From the NCBI GenBank assembly GCA_963663765.2, contig CAXXUA010000015.1:256001-320000 (forward strand): DNA of 64,000 nt. Reading direction: 5' to 3'. Each line of letters opens with the position of its first letter. The first letter of the stretch is position 1. A program made the position numbers and the translations under genes. Of the stretch, positions 31,619 to 41,993 are shown piece by piece. The DNA comes from Candidatus Poribacteria bacterium. Its GTDB lineage: Bacteria > Poribacteria > WGA-4E > WGA-3G. Under the pieces are notes generated by a model. It did no database searches. It was not told the origin of the DNA and saw nothing but the letters and a program-made list of their open reading frames with translations.

Positions 31619-32383
31619 CTATCCAAGTGCTTGCATTTCTTCTTCCGTTAACTCCCATTCAAAGATGTCTAAATTCTCACGTAAGTGTGCTTCTGAACCA
31701 GATTTTGGAATAGTAATGATACCTTTCTGTACCAACCACCGCAATGCGACTTGTGCTCCGGTCTTACCGTACCGATTACCGATTTCTGCTAATTTCGTGT
31801 CACCTACGATATTCCCTGCGCCGAGTGGTCTATGTGCAGTTATGGGAATATTAAGAGTTTCACAAAATATACGTAGCTCTTCTTTATTATGACGAATATT
31901 GTATTCGACCTGATTTGTACAAATCGGAAGATCAGAAATCTCACATGCCTGTTTTACCTGTTCAATACTGAAATTACTGATGCCGATGCTTCTCACCTTA
32001 CCGGTTTCATAGATTTCATGAAACGCATCAAATGTTTCCTCAAAAGGCACGGACTCACTTGGCCAGTGAATCAGCAGAAGATCAACGTAGTCCATCTGCA
32101 AATCTTTTATACACACATCAAATTGTGAGAGTACTTCGTCATGTTTCAAATGTGTGTGCCATATTTTTGATGTAATGAATAGTTTTTCGCGATCAACGCG
32201 CATGTCCCGTAAGGTATTACCGATCTCACGTTGGTTTTTGTACATCCACGCAGTATCAATGTGTGTATATCCCAAGTCTATAGCAACTCTAACAATATCT
32301 TCACACTGTCTACCATTGAGTTTCCAAGTACCTAAGCCAAAAATCGGTATTTCGTATCCAGATGCAAGTTTAATATTTTCCAT
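31619..32383 (-). CDS. Aldo/keto reductase
   Basis: GLGTW, HIDTAWMY, LLIHWP, IGISNF, IPKS. Confidence 0.93.
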   Translation of the reverse strand: MENIKLASGYEIPIFGLGTWKLNGRQCEDIVRVAIDLGYTHIDTAWMYKNQREIGNTLRDMRVDREKLFITSKIWHTHLKHDEVLSQFDVCIKDLQMDYVDLLLIHWPSESVPFEETFDAFHEIYETGKVRSIGISNFSIEQVKQACEISDLPICTNQVEYNIRHNKEELRIFCETLNIPITAHRPLGAGNIVGDTKLAEIGNRYGKTGAQVALRWLVQKGIITIPKSGSEAHLRENLDIFEWELTEEEMQALG

Positions 32384-32562
32384 ATATTCATGTTGGGAAT
32401 CTAAATATACCCAGACCCTCCTTTCTTATTAGCATGATAGTCAATTCATGAAAAATGTCAAGAGAAATGATGAAGGAGGTTGTGTAAATGTGATTTGACA
32501 TTTTGTCTTAGAATATGTTATTATGTGAATATTGAGATTCAGAATTAAAAGGTGAAGAAAAA

Positions 32563-34233
32563 GTGAACGATGGGTTTGATGGTGAACAGGACTTATCGCA
32601 AGTCCCAAGTGACACTCAAGATCCTGATATAGAGTTGACTGCTCATCAGGCTGAAATTCACCGCAACTTAGAATCTATTGGACCTGAGGTAGCTGCCTAT
32701 TATCTGGATGGAATCAGGATTTTAAATAACGAAAACTTAGAAACTGCGGCGAGTCTTTTGGCACATGTTGCCCGAGAGATTGATGGAGGTTTAAGAGATA
32801 TCCTGTCAGAAGATATAAAAGAAGAACTTGAGTTTACCGTTCATACACCTAATGATGAAATCTTGCAATATACAATGAAAAAGAAAGACAATTTTGATTT
32901 CACTGTTAATACTACTGGCCAGGTTAAAGTATACCATAAACCAATTGAAGGAAAACATCAAGCATCAATCTTACAATCGTTAGGAATTGTTAAGCCATCA
33001 CCATTAGCTGAAAGATGGATTAAAGTCACTAAACATTTTGCCAGATTTGCTCATCGGCGAGGAGCATGGAAGTCTCCCCGAAGAATAGAAGAATTTATAG
33101 GACTTTGGCTTGAGTTTGAAGGCGTATTGCGCGACTTAGTGGGAAATTACCTTAATCTGCTTGACAGGTTGGATCGAATTCGGACTGCTGAACCAAATAC
33201 AAGAAGAAGAGGTACTCTGCACAACTTGTTAAAATCCGAAGCAAGACAAGCGTATTTTTTCAGTAAACTTGAATCTCTGCTGTGGTTGGAACCTCTCAAA
33301 ATGGATGGCTGGTTTGATCCAGTTCGCAATCCGGTCCCTCAAGAGGCCCCAGATCAACCTGGTGCCTTTCGCGTACCTACTTGGCATGCTTTGGAATATG
33401 TAGCAAAGGTTTCTACTCATTCAGAGATCCCTTTTGGTGTACTTGTGGACATCGTTAACCCCATCATAAATTACACTGATAACAATGGAGAACGGATCGA
33501 AAATGATCGAACAGACCTACAGATTATCAAAATTATTACTACACTTCCAACGGACAGGATAGAACCTCTGCATATCGCTTTTATGGGAATAGTGTTGAAA
33601 TTCAAATGGAAGTATGGACTTGTGGATCAAGAAATAGGTCAAACAATACTTCCTAAGCTTCTTGATGGAGGCAGACAAGAGTTAACCCTTGAACTACTTG
33701 CAATAATGCTTGAAGTCAGAATCGTTGATGGACGAATCCGTCCTATAATGGATGAGCATTGGCTTGAAGATGCCCTCAAAAAACATGGGAAAGCCATTTC
33801 GAATTTATGCGGTTTTGAGGTAGCACAGATTACACTTGAACAAATCCGAACACTTGCCAATGGTGATACATATTTGTTTAATTTCATACAACTGGTTGAA
33901 AGCGATCTTTCTCTGCTTTCACATGCAGATTATACGGAATTAGTGGTAAGTTTTACGAGTTGTCTCTTTCAATTTGCTGAACCTGAAAGTATCAGGAAAA
34001 CAGTCCAAGAACTACTAAATGAACCACATGCTATTATCAGACGGATTGCAGTTAAAGCTATATACCAGCACTATAGCGATTTGAAACACCTATTTTGGAA
34101 GTGGGAAGGCAATCCCCTTGATGAATATGAATTGAAACCTGAAATGTACCAATTGATTCAAACCAATAGTTCTACTTTTGACAATGACGAAATGGAGCAG
34201 ATGTTACAATGGATAGAATCAACCCAGGACTAA
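32563..34233 (+). CDS. Large uncharacterised helical protein, N-terminal half (probable frameshift at ~34230)
   Basis: 556 aa ORF overlapping the next ORF by 25 nt in a shifted frame. Confidence 0.55.
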   Translation: MNDGFDGEQDLSQVPSDTQDPDIELTAHQAEIHRNLESIGPEVAAYYLDGIRILNNENLETAASLLAHVAREIDGGLRDILSEDIKEELEFTVHTPNDEILQYTMKKKDNFDFTVNTTGQVKVYHKPIEGKHQASILQSLGIVKPSPLAERWIKVTKHFARFAHRRGAWKSPRRIEEFIGLWLEFEGVLRDLVGNYLNLLDRLDRIRTAEPNTRRRGTLHNLLKSEARQAYFFSKLESLLWLEPLKMDGWFDPVRNPVPQEAPDQPGAFRVPTWHALEYVAKVSTHSEIPFGVLVDIVNPIINYTDNNGERIENDRTDLQIIKIITTLPTDRIEPLHIAFMGIVLKFKWKYGLVDQEIGQTILPKLLDGGRQELTLELLAIMLEVRIVDGRIRPIMDEHWLEDALKKHGKAISNLCGFEVAQITLEQIRTLANGDTYLFNFIQLVESDLSLLSHADYTELVVSFTSCLFQFAEPESIRKTVQELLNEPHAIIRRIAVKAIYQHYSDLKHLFWKWEGNPLDEYELKPEMYQLIQTNSSTFDNDEMEQMLQWIESTQD

Positions 34234-35933
34234 CAGACAATAAAGAGGACGAAACGCAGGCAAAATATGTGGCTTACAGAAGGCGCGAATGGCTTTCTGC
34301 GCTGATGGAAACTGGCAATGAAAAAGTCATTACTGCATATAGAAAGTATGAAAAGATTAATCCTGAACCAATTGAACATCCAGGTTTTAATCATTGGAGT
34401 GAATTTTGGGCAGGAAGTACCAGTCCCTTAACAGTTAAAGAAATATCCAGTTTGTCGAATGTACAGATTGCTAAGTATCTTTCAAATTTCAAGGAAACAG
34501 AAGTCTTCCGGAAGTCCGACCCAACAGAACGTGGCTTAGCACAGACGTTTGAGAAATGTGTGGCGGAAAACCCACATAAATTTGCGGACAATCTACTTCC
34601 TTTTGAAAATGTCTCAAATTTCTACCAATCTTCTCTATTGCACGGGTTCTTAAAAGCTTGGCGTGAAAAAAAATCGTTTAATTGGTGTGCGTTACTGGAA
34701 TTTATACTCAAGATTCTTTCGTTTGAACACTTCTGGAGTGTGCAGTATAAAGTTGGTTTCAACTATAGGAATTGGATTCTTTCTACTGCGGCAGATTTGA
34801 TAAGAGAGGGAACAAAAGATGATAAACACGCATTTGATGTCCAATTTTTGCCTTTTGCTGAAGAAATCCTGTTGATTCTTGTGGAGAAAGCTGAACCAAG
34901 TGTGTTTGCACCGACAGATTCCTCTCTTAATACCTTAAACTCAGATAGAGGGAAAGTGTTTTCAGCAATGGTTAACTACGCGTTAAGGTTTGCCCGGACC
35001 AACGAAGATAAACTTGAAGATTACCGATGGCCACAGTCCATCAAAGCAGATTTTACTAAAAGGTTAGATAGAAACTTTGAACCATCGCTTGAGTTTTCTT
35101 ATATACTTGGGTTTTACTTACCATATCTATCATATCTTGATAAAAAATGGGTTGACGACAACATAAACCATATTTTCTCACAACATAATGAAGATCATTG
35201 GCAAGCTGCCTTTTCTGGTTATTTGCTGCATCCTAATGTCCACAAGGAATTTTTCTCACTGCTAAAGACACACGGACACTATCATAAGGCATTGAGTACT
35301 CATTTTGCTGATGCTGAAGTATTGGATAAACTTGTTAAACATATCTGTACCAGCTGGATAGAAAATAGCGAAAGCCTGTCTGATAAAAGCAGTCTAATTT
35401 ATCAGTTGATACATAGCGGCAACCCTAATCTTCTTTCTGGTGTGGTCTATTTTTTCTCGCGCCGCAAGGATAACTTATCTGACAAAGTGAAAGTAAAGGT
35501 TATGCCAACATGGCGTGCCTTGTTTGAAGTCCTTTCACAGCATAGCGGAGAAAAGGAATATCAGGCAGTTTTAAGTCCGCTGTCCATGTGGTTAGGGTTA
35601 ATTGATAAAATAGATGATGAAGTGCTTATTTGGGTAAGAGTATCTATGAACTATCTTGACAAAGTTCCAGGGTGCGCTTTTACTTTATCACGCGTTATTG
35701 AGGCTTTGCAGAAACATGTGTTGATAACACCTGAGAAAGTTGGGAAAATTTATCTGGAAATCCCTACCCGGGAAATGTGGTTTCTCGGACAAACACAAAA
35801 AGACGAAGTTGGGGAAACCGTTCGAGTTCTATACAAAAATGGGTATAAGGATATCGCCGATAAAATTTGCAATCGATTCGGAAAGGCTGGCGTTGACTTC
35901 TTAAGATCCGTTTATGAAGAATCTCAACATTAG
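34209..35933 (+). CDS. Large uncharacterised helical protein, C-terminal half
   Basis: 574 aa ORF, helical-repeat-like composition continuous with the upstream ORF. Confidence 0.55.
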   Translation: MDRINPGLTDNKEDETQAKYVAYRRREWLSALMETGNEKVITAYRKYEKINPEPIEHPGFNHWSEFWAGSTSPLTVKEISSLSNVQIAKYLSNFKETEVFRKSDPTERGLAQTFEKCVAENPHKFADNLLPFENVSNFYQSSLLHGFLKAWREKKSFNWCALLEFILKILSFEHFWSVQYKVGFNYRNWILSTAADLIREGTKDDKHAFDVQFLPFAEEILLILVEKAEPSVFAPTDSSLNTLNSDRGKVFSAMVNYALRFARTNEDKLEDYRWPQSIKADFTKRLDRNFEPSLEFSYILGFYLPYLSYLDKKWVDDNINHIFSQHNEDHWQAAFSGYLLHPNVHKEFFSLLKTHGHYHKALSTHFADAEVLDKLVKHICTSWIENSESLSDKSSLIYQLIHSGNPNLLSGVVYFFSRRKDNLSDKVKVKVMPTWRALFEVLSQHSGEKEYQAVLSPLSMWLGLIDKIDDEVLIWVRVSMNYLDKVPGCAFTLSRVIEALQKHVLITPEKVGKIYLEIPTREMWFLGQTQKDEVGETVRVLYKNGYKDIADKICNRFGKAGVDFLRSVYEESQH

Positions 35934-36232
35934 TCAATATTGACGACCTACCCAATTTTCAGACTCAACCTGAATGACACTAACCCTCAATCTCCCACGA
36001 ACCCATACCCAGGCTAAACTTTTCGCAATTTCTTGATTTATCTATTTTTTACGTTGACCCTGAAAACTCATAAACTTCCGATCCTTTTTTCATAATATTC
36101 TTATTGAAGATACCAATTTAGATAACAAATATCCGTAATATTAATTCCCATCCAAACATGACTTCATGGTATAATATTAACATAACTTTAAGATGAAATT
36201 TATATGTCTAATATTCAAATGAAGGGGTTGAA

Positions 36233-36979
36233 ATGATAAAAGTTACCTGTTTATTATCGCTATGTTTGCTGCTTGTGATTTCAAGTTTTGTATATGCCAA
36301 TGTAGCTGAGGACGGTTTAGTTGCATATTGGCCTTTTGATGAAGAATCTGGTAATCTCGCAAGAGATGTTACTGGAAATGGACATGATGGAAGATTTGAA
36401 GGAGCACCAACATGGGTTGCAGGGAAATTCGGTACTGCGCTTGAATTTGATGGGGTAGATGACTATGTTGCCGTTGAGGACAACGATGCCTTAGATATTG
36501 AAGAGAATATTACCCTAATGGCATGGTTTAGTCCAAATGATGACCTGACGAGTCGGCGTTTGATGGTTAAAAATGATTCAATCTTCGTGATTTTTGATTA
36601 CAACAATAATACAACCATAGATTTCCTTGTGAAACCAAACAACGACAATGCAGAATCAACAACGACAGAATGGACGATAGGTGAATGGTATCACTTCGCT
36701 GGAACATTTGACGGGAGTACACTAAAGGTATATGTGAACGGTAAACTTGAAGGAGAAGCTCCTAATAATACACCGATTGCACCATCAAATTTAGAATTAT
36801 GGATTGGTGGTGATGATTATGGTCGTCCAACGGATTTCTTTCCAGGGAAGATTGATGAGGTGCGACTTTACAATAAGGTGTTAACTGAAGCAAACATCCA
36901 AAGTGTCATGGAAACTCCGCAGGATGTTGTTCCTCAAGGGAAACTTGCTACCACTTGGGGGAAACTAAAAGGTCTATAG
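36233..36979 (+). CDS. Secreted LamG-like jellyroll protein with GKLATTWGKLK tail
   Basis: GLVAYWPFDE, ALEFDG, WYHFAGTFDG, GKIDEVRLY. Confidence 0.88.
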   Translation: MIKVTCLLSLCLLLVISSFVYANVAEDGLVAYWPFDEESGNLARDVTGNGHDGRFEGAPTWVAGKFGTALEFDGVDDYVAVEDNDALDIEENITLMAWFSPNDDLTSRRLMVKNDSIFVIFDYNNNTTIDFLVKPNNDNAESTTTEWTIGEWYHFAGTFDGSTLKVYVNGKLEGEAPNNTPIAPSNLELWIGGDDYGRPTDFFPGKIDEVRLYNKVLTEANIQSVMETPQDVVPQGKLATTWGKLKGL

Positions 36980-36990
36980 AAGGAAATTAT

Positions 36991-38610
36991 ATGGTAAGCC
37001 TACACAGACGCCCTGTCGTTCTCATTATCCGGGATGGATGGGGCAGCAATCCGTATCCTGAATATCAGAAATCTAACGCTGTTCATTTGGCTAATACACC
37101 TGTAGATGACTGGTTAAGGGCAAACTATCCACATGTCCTAATTAAAACTTCTGGTGAAGATGTCGGTTTACCCCCTGGTGTAATTGGTAATAGTGAAGTT
37201 GGACATCAGAATATAGGAGCTGGTCGTATAGTCAACCAAGAACTTCTTCGTATCAGCACAATGATTCGTTCCGGTGAATTCTATCGGAACGATGTGCTTT
37301 TAAACGCTATTACCCATGCTAAAAAGAACAAAACAAACTTACACTTGTTAGGTTTAGCAAGTGATGCTGGTGTTCACAGTTCACTTGAACATTTATTTGC
37401 GTTACTCACTCTAGCGAAAAAACAAGGATTGGAAAAAGATCATGTCCTGATTCATAATTTCAGTGATGGTCGTGATTGCCAACCGGATCTCGGTATTAAA
37501 TTCTGTGATGAAATTGAAGAAAAAATAAGAGAAATCGGTGTTGGTCAGATTGCATCCGTTATCGGTAGATTTTATGCAATGGATCGTGATGATCGCTGGG
37601 AACGTGTTGAGACGGCATATAGACTTTTGACCGATGGTTTAGGTAGCAAAGTTCATACTGCTTCGCAAGCCTATAGTGATTATTACAGAAACCCAAATGA
37701 TAAAAATCGCAAAGGCGATGAATTTATTAGACCTTCAGTTGTAGTTGACAGTCAAGGTCATGCACTTCCAAGAATATGTGATGGAGATGCTGTTATATTC
37801 TACAACTTTAGAGGGGATAGACCCAGAGAACTGACAAAAGCCTTTTGCTTAGATACATTTCCATTTCAAGCAGAGGGTAAAGACGGTGTTTCACGTTTAA
37901 TGGGTTTTAAACGGAATTCTAAATTAAGCGTTAAGTTTGTTACGATGACTGAATATGAACAGAATTTACCTGTTGAATCAGCAGTTATAAAACCACCGAA
38001 AATGCTTAATACACTTGGTGCTTACGTCAGTGAATTAGGATTGTCACAATTCCGTTGTGCAGAAACTGAGAAATTCCCACATGTCTCCTTCTTTTTCAAT
38101 GATTACCGAGACGAACCCTATGTGGGTGAAGACCGTCAAATCATTCCATCTCCGCGGGAAGTCACGACGTATGACCAGAAGCCAGAAATGTCAGCTCCGG
38201 GAATTACAGATGAAATGTTGAGACGAATTGCATCAGAGAAATACGATCTCATGGTTCTCAACTATGCAAATGGTGACATGGTAGGTCACACAGGTTCATT
38301 ATCAGCAGCGATCAAGGCGGTAGAAGCAGTTGACATGGGAGTAGGACGTGTCATAAACGAAACGTTAGAAAAAGGTGGTTCCCTCATCGTCACGGCAGAT
38401 CACGGGAATTGTGAACAGATGATCGACCCTGAAACGGGTGGAATCCATACTGCACATACGACTTATGATGTTGATCTTGTAGTTGTTGATGATAGATATA
38501 AAGGAAAGCAACTACGGACTGGCGGTCGTCTTGCTGATATTGCTCCGACAATGTTGCATCTTCTCGGTTTACAACAACCTACTGAGATGACAGGTGAATC
38601 CTTAGTATAG
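36991..38610 (+). CDS. gpmI: 2,3-bisphosphoglycerate-independent phosphoglycerate mutase
   Basis: GNSEVGH, GRFYAMDRD, AETEKFPHV, DMVGHTG, TADHGN. Confidence 0.96.
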   Translation: MVSLHRRPVVLIIRDGWGSNPYPEYQKSNAVHLANTPVDDWLRANYPHVLIKTSGEDVGLPPGVIGNSEVGHQNIGAGRIVNQELLRISTMIRSGEFYRNDVLLNAITHAKKNKTNLHLLGLASDAGVHSSLEHLFALLTLAKKQGLEKDHVLIHNFSDGRDCQPDLGIKFCDEIEEKIREIGVGQIASVIGRFYAMDRDDRWERVETAYRLLTDGLGSKVHTASQAYSDYYRNPNDKNRKGDEFIRPSVVVDSQGHALPRICDGDAVIFYNFRGDRPRELTKAFCLDTFPFQAEGKDGVSRLMGFKRNSKLSVKFVTMTEYEQNLPVESAVIKPPKMLNTLGAYVSELGLSQFRCAETEKFPHVSFFFNDYRDEPYVGEDRQIIPSPREVTTYDQKPEMSAPGITDEMLRRIASEKYDLMVLNYANGDMVGHTGSLSAAIKAVEAVDMGVGRVINETLEKGGSLIVTADHGNCEQMIDPETGGIHTAHTTYDVDLVVVDDRYKGKQLRTGGRLADIAPTMLHLLGLQQPTEMTGESLV

Positions 38611-38673
38611 TTAGTTCCTATAATTGTCCCAATACCAACTCAGTTGGTATTAACAAAATAAGGAGAATTTGGT

Positions 38674-39675
38674 ATGTCCGTTCTGATAGACCAAAACCGC
38701 CATGTTCGCTCCGATTTCAGACTATTTGCTGGACGTGCGAATCCGGCATTAGCAAAAGAGATCGCAGCAATTTTAGGGGTTGAATTAGGTAGAATAACAA
38801 TTGGTCCGTTTCCCAACAGCGAAACTCGAGTGCAAATAGAGGAAAGTATTCGTGGTACTGATATCTATATAATTCAGCCAACATGTGAACCCGCTAACGA
38901 AAATCTGATGGAATTACTTATCACAATTGATGCGATGAAACGTGCGTCAGCACGACAAATCACAGCGATTATTCCATACTTTGGATATGCGCGACAAGAC
39001 CACAAAACCACCGGACGTGAACCAATAAGTGCCAAGCTTGTTGCAAATCTCTTGACGACAGCAGGTGCAAGTCGTGTCATGGCAATAGACTTACATGTTC
39101 CACAAATACAAGGCTTCTTTGATATCCCTATGGATCATCTCACAGCTCTAACAACCTTAGCAAATTTTTTTCATGAAAAAGAGATAGAAAACGGTGTTAT
39201 CGTAGCACCAGATGTAGGTCGTGCAAAGCTTGCAGAAAAATATGCAAAGATTCTACGTCTACCGTTAGCTATAATGCACAAACGGCGTAATGGAGCAGAT
39301 GGTCAGGATGTGGAATTCGTAGAACTTGTTGGAGATGTTAAGGATAAAACTCCGATTGTTATTGATGACGAAATAGCGACAGGTGGCAGTATCTTCCAAC
39401 AAGCTCAAGCATTGGCTGAAGCGGGTGCAAAACCCGCCTATGTTAGTATTGTGCATGCGGTTCTTGTGGGTCCTGCATTAGAAAGACTTAGTCATCCATC
39501 AATCCGTGAAGTAGTCACTACTGACACAATACCAATACCAGCACAAAAACGTCTTGATGGAAAAATAATAGTGCTTTCAATTGCACCTTTACTGGCAGAA
39601 GCCATATTGAGAGTACATCAACACAGATCTGTGAGTCAAGTATTCAGAGAACAACATCTTGATTTTGCAGTATAA
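38674..39675 (+). CDS. prs: Ribose-phosphate pyrophosphokinase
   Basis: PYFGYARQD, DLHVPQIQGFF, DDEIATGGS. Confidence 0.96.
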   Translation: MSVLIDQNRHVRSDFRLFAGRANPALAKEIAAILGVELGRITIGPFPNSETRVQIEESIRGTDIYIIQPTCEPANENLMELLITIDAMKRASARQITAIIPYFGYARQDHKTTGREPISAKLVANLLTTAGASRVMAIDLHVPQIQGFFDIPMDHLTALTTLANFFHEKEIENGVIVAPDVGRAKLAEKYAKILRLPLAIMHKRRNGADGQDVEFVELVGDVKDKTPIVIDDEIATGGSIFQQAQALAEAGAKPAYVSIVHAVLVGPALERLSHPSIREVVTTDTIPIPAQKRLDGKIIVLSIAPLLAEAILRVHQHRSVSQVFREQHLDFAV

Positions 39676-39705
39676 CACAAGATTTCGTTCCTACCAATAC
39701 AGCAG

Positions 39706-40809
39706 ATGATACCTATTCTCTACCTTAGTCATTATCGTTCAACTATTGGTGGGAACGAAAAACAACTTTATTACCTTGTTACACATTTGGATAAAGACAA
39801 GTTTCAACCCATCGTCATTTGCCTTAATGACGGTACTTACGTTCATCAATTAAGAAAAGCGGGTATCTCTACCGTTATTCTCAAACTCCCACCTTGGCGT
39901 AAAGTACTTTCTTATCCCGCTCGCTATATTGCTGTATTTAAGCTCACTAACCTCGCAAAGAAATATAAAATAAAAATAATACATTCATCTGATGCTTGGC
40001 TTAACCCTTACGCAAGACGCATGAAAAAACATTTATTAGATATACCAGTCATTTCACATGTGCCTAATCTTCTAACACCTGAGCAGGTAGCAAAATACGA
40101 TTTTGAATACATGAATCGTATTATTGCTATCTCTGAACAGAGTAAAGCACCAATCGTTAAGGCTGGTATTTCTTCTCAAAAAATAGATGTTATAATCAAC
40201 TGTGTTGATCTATCTGAATTTACACCATTATCTCAAAAAAAAGTTTTAAGGACAGACAAATTTGTAGTTGGTTTGGTCGGGAGAATTGAACCATTTAAGC
40301 GTCAAGATACTTTTGTTGAAATAGCAAATCTTGTCAACCGACAATGTCAGAATGTAGAGTTTCAAATTATTGGTGCTGCCCTTGATACACCAAAACATCG
40401 TACGTTTGCTAAGCAAGTACGTGAATTAGTAACAAAGTATAATTTGAATGATAGAATACACTTCACAGGACATCGGGACGATATACCAAAAGTCATGCAG
40501 GAACTTGATCTATTAGTGACCCTATCTGCTGGTAGTGTTATTGCAGAAGCGATGGCATCAGGTTTACCTGTTTTCGGCACCTCCATTGGGAGTACTGAAG
40601 AGATGATTATAGATGGTGTGACAGGTTACATTTTTACTACTGACAAAATTGACGATATTTCTGAAAAGATTATCCAACTTGCTAAGTATCCTGAGTTATG
40701 TGTACAGATGGGGAATGCAGCCAGAAATCACGCAGAATCAACATTTGGTATTGATAGGCATGTTCAAAAAATACAGGACATATATATGGAGTTTCTTAAT
40801 AAACATTGA
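39706..40809 (+). CDS. Glycosyltransferase family 4
   Basis: GGNEK, VGRIEPFKRQ, EAMASGLPV. Confidence 0.88.
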   Translation: MIPILYLSHYRSTIGGNEKQLYYLVTHLDKDKFQPIVICLNDGTYVHQLRKAGISTVILKLPPWRKVLSYPARYIAVFKLTNLAKKYKIKIIHSSDAWLNPYARRMKKHLLDIPVISHVPNLLTPEQVAKYDFEYMNRIIAISEQSKAPIVKAGISSQKIDVIINCVDLSEFTPLSQKKVLRTDKFVVGLVGRIEPFKRQDTFVEIANLVNRQCQNVEFQIIGAALDTPKHRTFAKQVRELVTKYNLNDRIHFTGHRDDIPKVMQELDLLVTLSAGSVIAEAMASGLPVFGTSIGSTEEMIIDGVTGYIFTTDKIDDISEKIIQLAKYPELCVQMGNAARNHAESTFGIDRHVQKIQDIYMEFLNKH

Positions 40810-40833
40810 CGGAATATATTCAAGACTAAAACG

Positions 40834-40863
40834 TTGACAGTATTCATAGATTTAGAGTATAAT
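40834..40863 (+). promoter_or_regulatory. sigma70 promoter placed for a leaderless Rpn transcript
   Basis: TTGACA-N18-TATAAT ending 7 nt before ATG 40871; no SD. Confidence 0.6.
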
Positions 40864-40870
40864 TATCAAT

Positions 40871-41776
40871 ATGAGTCAACACTATGACAATGTCACCAAA
40901 TATGTAACTACTGAATATACTGAACCTTTTGCTGGACTCATTCTTGGTTATAAAGATGTAAAAGTATTAGAAAATTTACCAACTGAACATGTTACACTCA
41001 AATCGCGAGAGACAGATTGTACAATAAAGGTTGAATTTCCAGATCACACAGCCATACTTCATAATGAAGTTCAGGCTTACGATAGTCAGGAACCTATGCC
41101 TTTCCGTATTGCGGGTTATAATGGATTTCTCATCAGAGAATATCAGCTAAATGTCTATTCAAGTGTTCTTTACCTACATCCGCAAGCAGGTAAAAATGAC
41201 CCAGGATTCTATAAATACAGTAGGTATGGTTGTGAATATAAACTAAAGTATCAAGTAATACGATTAATTGATATAGATGGACAGTCAATTTTAGAAGCAA
41301 AAGTTCCAGGTTTATTGCCATTAACACCATTAATGAAACCCCCATCAGGAGTGAATCCGGATCGTTGGTTGGAGACTTGTGTTGATGCAACATTTACCGC
41401 AAGAATAGACTCAGAGAATAGACAGTTGCTATTAGGAGCTTTAGGTATCTTTTGTGGTTTAGTATATGATGCGCAATTGATAAGACATATTTTACCGGAG
41501 GGCATTATGCAAGAAAATCCTTTTATCCAGGAAATACTAAAGGAAGCAAGAGAAGATGCTATGGCGAGTGGTATAGAACGCGGGCAAAAAAAATGTGCAA
41601 TTGACTTAATTTTGGATATGTTAATTGAGCAATTTCCTCATGATGATGAAATTAATGAAATAATACCAACGCTTGAGGAAATCGATGAATTGGAAACACT
41701 GAAACAGATACATCGTACAGTACCTAAAATAAGGAGTATGGAAGAATTCAAAAATATTCTTCTACAAGAGTATTAG
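40871..41776 (+). CDS. Rpn/YhgA-like recombination-promoting PD-(D/E)XK nuclease
   Basis: YDNVTKY, RETD, ILHNEVQ, MPFRIAGY, LLPLTPLM, E.RE..GIERGQ C-terminus. Confidence 0.82.
   Translation: MSQHYDNVTKYVTTEYTEPFAGLILGYKDVKVLENLPTEHVTLKSRETDCTIKVEFPDHTAILHNEVQAYDSQEPMPFRIAGYNGFLIREYQLNVYSSVLYLHPQAGKNDPGFYKYSRYGCEYKLKYQVIRLIDIDGQSILEAKVPGLLPLTPLMKPPSGVNPDRWLETCVDATFTARIDSENRQLLLGALGIFCGLVYDAQLIRHILPEGIMQENPFIQEILKEAREDAMASGIERGQKKCAIDLILDMLIEQFPHDDEINEIIPTLEEIDELETLKQIHRTVPKIRSMEEFKNILLQEY
41507..41776 (+). CDS. Putative internally initiated RpnS small protein (89 aa, in frame in Rpn)
   Basis: GGAGGG SD directly upstream of in-frame ATG 41507 (CCGGAGGGCATTATG). Confidence 0.6.
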   Translation: MQENPFIQEILKEAREDAMASGIERGQKKCAIDLILDMLIEQFPHDDEINEIIPTLEEIDELETLKQIHRTVPKIRSMEEFKNILLQEY

Positions 41777-41993
41777 AATTTTGTCAATAGAACAAATCTC
41801 ACAGTACATCGTGTGTTAATAATACTTCTGCATAATGCAATTTCAAGATTAAATAGTTGCACATCAAAATTAGATGCGGACTTTAAAATGATGTTGAACT
41901 TACCAACAAGATTACATCCTGATCGTTTGTTGAAAACTTGTGTTAACGCAACATTGCTATAAGTGTTGATCCAGACAGTAGTTAGAGAACATT

